Source: Clostridiales bacterium (GTDB taxonomy: Bacteria; Bacillota; Clostridia; Oscillospirales; CAG-272). From it: a stretch of 31,121 nucleotides of DNA. The translations under genes and the position numbers were made by a program. The stretch is taken from the NCBI GenBank assembly GCA_018370615.1, contig JAGZAC010000001.1:1-31121 (forward strand), given 5' to 3'. The notes under the pieces are model-generated. The model ran no database searches and was not told the DNA's origin. It saw only the letters and a program-made list of their open reading frames with translations. Of the stretch, positions 25,360 through 31,121 are shown in pieces. The stretch's first letter is position 1. Every line of letters starts with the position of its first letter.

Positions 25360-26733
25360 ATGACATATGATTTGATCATACTGGGCGGCGGCCCGGCGGG
25401 CTATAACGCGGCGGAACGGGCCGCCCACGGAGGCATGCAGGTTTTGCTCTTAGAGGAACGCGCCCTGGGAGGTGTGTGTCTTAACGAAGGCTGCATTCCC
25501 ACAACAACGCTGCTGAATTCCGCGAAAATCTATGACAGTGCCCTGCACGGCGCCGATTACGGTGTGCAGGTGACCGGTGCATCTATTGACCACGGGAAGG
25601 TAGTAGACCGCAAGGATAAGGTGGTGAAAACCCTGGTGTCCGGCGTAGGTGCAAAAATGCGCAGTGCAAAGGTCACTGTAGTAGAGGGCTTCGGCTGTAT
25701 TACCGGCAAGGGACCGGAGGGATTCCGGGTTCGCTGCGGAGAGGAGGAGCATCTGGCGAAAAAGCTGCTCATTTGCACGGGAAGCGAGGCAGCAGTGCCC
25801 CCCATCGACGGACTGCGGGAGGCAGTGAACACAGGCTTTGCCATGACCAACCGGGAGATTTTGGACATGCGTACGGTGCCAAAGCGGCTGTGCGTCATCG
25901 GCGGCGGCGTCATCGGATTGGAAATGGCGTCCTATTTCAGCACCATCGGCACCCAGGTAACGGTGGTGGAGATGCTGGACAAAATTGCAGGACCAACAGA
26001 CCGGGATATATCTGCCGTTCTCCAAAAGAATTTGGAGAAAAAAGGCATTCGATTCCTTCTGGGGGCGGCGGTCACTTCCGTCAGCGAAAGTCAGAAGACC
26101 GTAATCTGTACCGCAGATGGGAAGACCGTTTCCGTGGACTGCGACGTGGTACTGGTGAGTACCGGACGGCGGCCCCGCACCGGAGGCATCGGACTGGAAA
26201 AAGCCGGCGTCCTGCTGGACAGAGGCGCAGTGGTCTGCGATGAACGTGGCAGAACCTCCGTGCCGGGAATCTGGGCTGCAGGAGATGTAAACGGGCGCAG
26301 CATGTTGGCCCATACGGCATACCGGGAAGGCGAAGTGGCCGTATCCGATATGCTGGGCGTATCGGACCGGGTGGATTATCTGGCCATTCCTGCTGTCATC
26401 TATACGAAGCCTGAGGTGGGCACGGTAGGCGACACGGTGGAAAGCGCCGCGGCGCGGGGCGTTTCCGCCACAGAGCACACGGTCAGTCTGCGCTATAGCG
26501 GCCGGTACGTAGCTGAAGTGGAAGGCGGGGACGGCATTGTGAAAATCGTAGTGGACGACGCGCACAAGACGATCCTCGGCGTACATATGATCGGCTCTTA
26601 CGCTTCAGAAATCATTTATGGAGCGGCGGCCATGGTGGCAGCCCGCCAGCGGGTGTCTGATGTGCAAAAGCTGGTGTTCCCTCATCCTACCGTATGCGAA
26701 GTCATACGGGAAGGCATGTTTATGATCGATTAA
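25360..26733 (+). CDS. lpdA: Dihydrolipoyl dehydrogenase (E3)
   Basis: GGGPAGY, redox disulfide GGVCLNEGCIP, GGGVIGLE, AAGDV...MLAH and HPTVCE. Confidence 0.95.
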   Translation: MTYDLIILGGGPAGYNAAERAAHGGMQVLLLEERALGGVCLNEGCIPTTTLLNSAKIYDSALHGADYGVQVTGASIDHGKVVDRKDKVVKTLVSGVGAKMRSAKVTVVEGFGCITGKGPEGFRVRCGEEEHLAKKLLICTGSEAAVPPIDGLREAVNTGFAMTNREILDMRTVPKRLCVIGGGVIGLEMASYFSTIGTQVTVVEMLDKIAGPTDRDISAVLQKNLEKKGIRFLLGAAVTSVSESQKTVICTADGKTVSVDCDVVLVSTGRRPRTGGIGLEKAGVLLDRGAVVCDERGRTSVPGIWAAGDVNGRSMLAHTAYREGEVAVSDMLGVSDRVDYLAIPAVIYTKPEVGTVGDTVESAAARGVSATEHTVSLRYSGRYVAEVEGGDGIVKIVVDDAHKTILGVHMIGSYASEIIYGAAAMVAARQRVSDVQKLVFPHPTVCEVIREGMFMID

Positions 26734-26756
26734 TATGAAAAGGAGATACAACCGTT

Positions 26757-29243
26757 ATGCCTAAGAATCAATATATCAGCCCAAGCGATGCGTTTGCATC
26801 CGGATACCTTACCTTTGACAAAATTCCCCTGTGCCAGTATAAAAAGACGCTTGCCCAGGAGAAAAAGCTGTACACTAAAGCAGATTTCCTGCGGATCTAC
26901 CGGGATATGCGGATTATCCGGGAATTTGAGACCATGCTCAACGACATCAAGACCAAAAGTGTATACAACGGGGTGGAATACACCAACCCCGGACCGGCGC
27001 ATCTGTCTATTGGGCAGGAGGCCTCCGCGGTGGGCCAGGCATACTGTCTGGACATCAACGACTATACCTTCGGTTCCCACCGCAGCCACGGCGAAATCCT
27101 CGCCAAGGGACTTTCCTCCATCGAAAAACTCACGGAAACAGAGCTGTACGACATTATGAAGGAGTTTCTGGGCGGAAATATTCTGAAGGTGGTGGAAGGA
27201 AAACAGGAGAAGCAGGGAGACGTCAAGGAGCTTGCTATGGACTTTTTGCTGTACGGCGCCCTTGCGGAAATATTTGCCCGAACCACAGGCTTTAACAAAG
27301 GCCTTGGAGGGTCCATGCATGCATTCTTCATTCCCTTTGGAATTTTCCCCAACAACGCCATCGTAGGCGGCGCCGCGCCGGTAGCGCTGGGTGCGGCCCT
27401 GTACAAACGCAGCAATCACAAAAAAGGCATCGTTATTGCCAACTCCGGCGACGGTGCCCTGGGACGCGGCCCTGTGCTGGAGTCCCTCAATATGGCGTCC
27501 ATGGACCAAATCCGCAAGCTGTGGGGAATGGACGGCAAATATGAGGACGGCGGCATGCCGATTCTCTTCAATGTGTTCAATAACTTTTACGGCATGGGCG
27601 GACAGACAAGAGGCGAGACCATGGGCTTTGACATTGCCGCACGTCTGGGCGCCGGCTTCAACCCGGTGATGCTTCATGCGGAAAAGGTCAACGGATACGA
27701 TCCTCTGGCGGTGATCGATGCCACCCAGCGCAAGAAAGAACTGCTCCTGAATGGGGAAGGCCCGGCAATGCTGGAGGTTGCCACGTATCGTGTCAGCGGC
27801 CACTCTCCTTCCGATTCCTCCACCTACAGAAGCCAGGAGGAGATCGAGGAGTGGAAAGCAGCTTGCCCCATTGCTGCGTACCGGAAAAAGATGGTGGAAG
27901 GCGGCATCGCTGCAGAAGAGGAATTTGACGCCATTGAAGAGGACATCGTAAAACGGATCACCAAAATCTGCCGGATGGCCATCGATGAGGAAATCTCTCC
28001 CAGAATGGACTTGGACAGCCAGCCCGATATTATTTCCTCCATTATGTTTTCCAACCAGTCCGTTCCTTCCATGGATCCGAGCAGAGAGCCGGAAGTGCTG
28101 CTTCCCAAGGAAGAGAATCCCCGTGTAAAACAGATCGCCGGCAAAGCCCGCTATGCCTATGACGAAAAGGGAGAACTGATTCCCAAAATCAAGCAGTTTG
28201 GTCTGCGGGACGGTATCTTTGAGGCAATTTTGGATAAATTCTATGAGGACCCCACCCTGGTCGCCTACGGCGAGGACAACCGGGACTGGGGCGGCGCCTT
28301 TGCCGTATACCGCGGTCTTACAGAAGCGCTTCCTTATCATCGTTTCTTCAATGCTCCCATATCTGAGGCGGCCATCGTAGGTTCCGCGGTGGGGTACGCT
28401 ATGGCTGGCGGACGGGCCATTGTAGAGCTGATGTACGCAGACTTTATCGGCTGTGCGGGAGATGAAATCTTCAACCAGCTGTCCAAGTGGCAGTCCATGT
28501 CTGCGGGGATCCTGAAAATGCCTGTGGTGGTCCGCGTGTCTGTAGGCTCCAAGTACGGCGCCCAGCACAGCCAGGACTGGACGGCGCTTACTGCCCACAT
28601 CCCCGGACTGAAGGTATGCTTCCCCGCGACGCCTTACGATGCCAAGGGACTGATGTGCGCGGCGCTGAACGGCACCGACCCGGTAATCTTCTTCGAGAGC
28701 CAGCGGATTTACGATATCGGGGAGCAGTTCCACAAGGGCGGCGTTCCCACAGGCTCTTATGAAGTGCCCTTCGGCGAGCCGGATGTAAAGCGGGAAGGCA
28801 CCGACGTGACGATACTGACCATCGGCGCAGTGCTGTATCGTGCCCTTGACGCGGCGAAAAAGTTGCAGGAGCAGTACGGCATCAGCGCGGAAGTCATCGA
28901 CGCTCGTTCCATCGTACCTTTCAACTATGAAAAGGTACTGGAAAGCGTGAAGAAAACAGGCCGCATCATTATCGTGGGCGACGCCTGCGACAGGAACTCT
29001 GTGATGCGGGATATGACGTCCAACATTGCGGAGATGGCCTTCGATTATTTGGATGCGCCGCCGGTAGTATTCGGTTCCCGCAACTGGATTACCCCCGCTT
29101 ACGAGTTTGAAAAGTATTTCTTCCCACAGGCAGACGGCATTATTGATGTAATCAGCCAGAAGCTTTTGCCTATCTCCGGACATGTATGTACAGTAAACGA
29201 GTCAGAGATTGAGCATATGGAAAGAAGCAAGAAAGGCGTATAA
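26757..29243 (+). CDS. Fused E1 alpha/beta TPP-dependent dehydrogenase component; substrate unknown
   Basis: Alpha part: HLSIGQEA, SHRSHG, GGSMH, GDG...NN, YRVSGHS. Beta part: YGED, PISEAAIVG, ELMYADF, GAQHSQ, EVIDARS. Confidence 0.92.
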   Translation: MPKNQYISPSDAFASGYLTFDKIPLCQYKKTLAQEKKLYTKADFLRIYRDMRIIREFETMLNDIKTKSVYNGVEYTNPGPAHLSIGQEASAVGQAYCLDINDYTFGSHRSHGEILAKGLSSIEKLTETELYDIMKEFLGGNILKVVEGKQEKQGDVKELAMDFLLYGALAEIFARTTGFNKGLGGSMHAFFIPFGIFPNNAIVGGAAPVALGAALYKRSNHKKGIVIANSGDGALGRGPVLESLNMASMDQIRKLWGMDGKYEDGGMPILFNVFNNFYGMGGQTRGETMGFDIAARLGAGFNPVMLHAEKVNGYDPLAVIDATQRKKELLLNGEGPAMLEVATYRVSGHSPSDSSTYRSQEEIEEWKAACPIAAYRKKMVEGGIAAEEEFDAIEEDIVKRITKICRMAIDEEISPRMDLDSQPDIISSIMFSNQSVPSMDPSREPEVLLPKEENPRVKQIAGKARYAYDEKGELIPKIKQFGLRDGIFEAILDKFYEDPTLVAYGEDNRDWGGAFAVYRGLTEALPYHRFFNAPISEAAIVGSAVGYAMAGGRAIVELMYADFIGCAGDEIFNQLSKWQSMSAGILKMPVVVRVSVGSKYGAQHSQDWTALTAHIPGLKVCFPATPYDAKGLMCAALNGTDPVIFFESQRIYDIGEQFHKGGVPTGSYEVPFGEPDVKREGTDVTILTIGAVLYRALDAAKKLQEQYGISAEVIDARSIVPFNYEKVLESVKKTGRIIIVGDACDRNSVMRDMTSNIAEMAFDYLDAPPVVFGSRNWITPAYEFEKYFFPQADGIIDVISQKLLPISGHVCTVNESEIEHMERSKKGV

Positions 29244-29284
29244 TAAGTAAAAAGCCTTCCCGTGGGGAAGGCTTTTTACTTATT
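29242..29284. terminator. Bidirectional intrinsic terminator between convergent genes
   Basis: 20-bp perfect inverted repeat AATAAGTAAAAAGCCTTCCC-GTG-GGGAAGGCTTTTTACTTATT, with A/T tracts on both sides. Confidence 0.92.
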
Positions 29285-30515
29285 TTGTCGGGATGTAATT
29301 TCCCACAAGGTACCAGCGCATATAGGTGATGTCCAGTACGCTGATAAGCCCATCGTTGTCTATATCTCCCGCAGCAATTTCTGTGCGGGTTCCCACTGCC
29401 ATTTGGGATATGTACAGCGCATCCTCCAGCGTCAGCTGCCCATCCTGATTTGCATCCCCGATGAGCAGATATTCCGCATCAATTACAATGTCTCGCTCAG
29501 GCATAGTAACTGTGGTAGTACTGCTGCCTGCATCTGCAATTACGTCTGTGTCGCCGGTCCATCCTGCAAATCGATAGCCCCAGCCCCGCTCCGTGTAGGC
29601 AGGAGCAGTGGTCAGAGAAATCTCCTGCCCGGGTATGTACTTGAAAGTCTCCCCGTTGATGGTTGCCGTGGATGCCGTGTCCATTCCTTGTACGGTGACA
29701 GTGTATTCCAGCGACTTGTCTTCACATCCCGGCAGGAAAACCGATATGGTAGTGCTGCCGTTTCCTACAGGAGAGATTATGCCGCTGGCGGATACTGTCG
29801 CCACACTGGTGTCAGCGGAAGTATAAGATAAGTCTTCCGCAGCCACATTTATGTAAGTGTAGGACCAGCCTGCATTCCTGTTGCGGATGGATGCAATTTG
29901 GAATGTCTCTTCTGCTGTCAGGCTGACGGAGGTTTCTTGGGATGTAAACAGGGAAACATAAGACTGGCTGAGAGGAACAGTTTGAGTTATAGTTTGTGTC
30001 TGATTAGATTTGTCCACGCTTCGAGGTGTGCCTGCGTCGAAAATTTGTGCCCAGAATAAGGTTCCATTATACATGAATACACCGACGCCTACGGAGGTAA
30101 AGACAGAACGCAGAATATTTTCTCTGTGTCCCTGAGAATTCATCCAGCCGTCCATCACAGCGTCCGGCGAGCCGTATCCCACAGCGATATTTTCTCCTAC
30201 CCAGCCTCTCCAGCTGCACACAGAAAAGCAGTCGCTTCCGTCGGGACGGGTATGGTCGTAATAGACGGCGCATTCCAGCGCCCGCTGCATGGCAGCATCC
30301 AGCAAAACGGCGTCCATTTCCACAGGGGAGAGTCCGTTTGCTGTACGTTCAGCGTTGATTCTGTCCAGTACGTCCCAGGCATACTGATATACAGCGTCTC
30401 CGGTAATGCTGACGGAGGTATCCGCGGCAGCCGCAGTATGTAATGGGAGCAGGGAAAAGGAAATTACAAAACAAAGGACACTGAGAAAGATCTTTTTGAA
30501 GGGACTATGTTTCAT
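29280..30515 (-). CDS. Secreted CAP/SCP-domain protein with Ig-like domains and a C-terminal dockerin-like module
   Basis: Signal peptide; CAP motifs INAER, HTRPDG, GENIA, WMNSQGHRENIL; Big_2-like YTSADTSVATVSASG; GYRFAGW repeat; duplicated GDANQDGQL.../GDIDNDGLI... motifs. Confidence 0.88.
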   Translation of the reverse strand: MKHSPFKKIFLSVLCFVISFSLLPLHTAAAADTSVSITGDAVYQYAWDVLDRINAERTANGLSPVEMDAVLLDAAMQRALECAVYYDHTRPDGSDCFSVCSWRGWVGENIAVGYGSPDAVMDGWMNSQGHRENILRSVFTSVGVGVFMYNGTLFWAQIFDAGTPRSVDKSNQTQTITQTVPLSQSYVSLFTSQETSVSLTAEETFQIASIRNRNAGWSYTYINVAAEDLSYTSADTSVATVSASGIISPVGNGSTTISVFLPGCEDKSLEYTVTVQGMDTASTATINGETFKYIPGQEISLTTAPAYTERGWGYRFAGWTGDTDVIADAGSSTTTVTMPERDIVIDAEYLLIGDANQDGQLTLEDALYISQMAVGTRTEIAAGDIDNDGLISVLDITYMRWYLVGNYIPTK

Positions 30516-30559
30516 ACGGTAGTTCCTGCCTTTCAGTAAAAATTATATTTCTATCAAGT

Positions 30560-30588
30560 ATTATACAAGGAGGCCGCTGCTTTGTCAA
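30560..30588 (-). promoter_or_regulatory. Consensus sigma-A promoter for the CAP/dockerin gene
   Basis: TTGACA (30588-30583), 17 nt, TATAAT (30565-30560). Confidence 0.8.
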
Positions 30589-30610
30589 ATGGAACCTGAT
30601 CCGTTTACAA

Positions 30611-30855
30611 AGTCTCCCACGAGGGTGACTTTTTCTTTTAGCCTCCCCACAAGGGGGCCCATTTGGTTTTAGCCTCCCCTATGTAAGGGGAGGTGTCAGC
30701 ATAGCTGACGGAGGGGTTGTAAAAAGACAATCCCTCAGTCTGCTGTCGCAGACAGCTCCCTTTACACAAGGGAGCCGGTTTAGTTTCAGCCTCCCCAGTG
30801 TGGGAGTTGCTGCGCAACTCCTAGGGAGGTGCCGCTTTAGCGGCGGAGGGGTTGT
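30611..30855. repeat. Intergenic repeat cluster 5 (2 mini-units and 3 full units)
   Basis: Mini-units 30611-30630 and 30640-30660; X(+) 30671-30720; Y(-) 30727-30776; X+insert(+) 30788-30855. Confidence 0.93.
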
Positions 30856-30886
30856 TGTGCTTCTCCTTAAAAAATGCATCTCCCTG

Positions 30887-30915
30887 TTGACAACAGAAAA
30901 AATCTGTGCTACAAT
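30887..30915 (+). promoter_or_regulatory. Sigma-A promoter for the lysine riboswitch leader
   Basis: TTGACA (30887-30892), 17 nt, TACAAT (30910-30915) with an extended TG. Confidence 0.8.
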
Positions 30916-30925
30916 ATGCACAACA

Positions 30926-31086
30926 CGGTAGAGGTGCATTGTGTCATAAGTACTGTGGACGCAAAAGGGTTGACCACCCGTTGTCAGCAGGAAAGGGACA
31001 GGTGCCGAAGGCAGAACGTGGTCGTGTCTGTCCTGGTTTGGGTGAATAAGATCGCCCCGACTGTCGCTTTTGCGGAGAGCTATCTG
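30926..31086 (+). ncRNA. Lysine riboswitch aptamer; regulated gene lies right of the window
   Basis: Conserved L-box motifs in order: GGUAGAGGUGC, AAGUA, GAAAGGG, GCCGAA, CUGG, UGAAUA, ACUGUC, GGAGAGCUAUC. P1 is GGUAG/CUAUC. Confidence 0.9.
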
Positions 31087-31121
31087 ATTTCGATAGGAAT
31101 AGCAGCTTTTTTGCAGAGTCG

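Noticed and set aside
26730..29183. 817-aa antisense ORF opposite E1 (also long antisense ORFs over E2, E3, dxs and citrate synthase)
   Set aside because: Shadow frames of well-supported genes, with no recognisable motifs. Such frames are common with GC-rich codon usage.

Overview
Chromosomal window from a Firmicute, probably Clostridia (inferred from protein families, sigma-A promoters and a T-box). No transposase, integrase, cas, tRNA or rRNA gene is recognisable. The left half is on the minus strand: feoA-feoB-ogt, then a tightly packed run of SbcD/YhaO-like nuclease, YhaN/SbcC-like ATPase, HlyD-like protein, yggS, sepF, ylmH, divIVA-like, lspA, RluA-family synthase, prs and a small DUF6440-like ORF absent from the ORF track. 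It ends in a T-box leader with a probable Tyr specifier. The right half is mostly plus strand: cinA-dxs, Re-citrate synthase, secG with a long acidic tail, a DUF5107-like/TPR protein, a DeoR regulator, a YhcH-family protein and a 2-oxoacid dehydrogenase-type cluster (E2, E3, fused E1). A convergent secreted CAP/Ig/dockerin protein follows, with a lysine riboswitch at the right edge. The most striking unexplained structure is a family of ~50-70 bp modular intergenic repeats in five clusters. Each unit has a pyrimidine tract, its inverted purine copy, a variable but fully paired hairpin, then a mirror copy of the purine tract. The three tracts co-vary, as expected for an intrastrand triplex. Two subtypes mostly alternate in opposite orientation, some units carry a 19-bp palindromic insert, and several look like recombination products.
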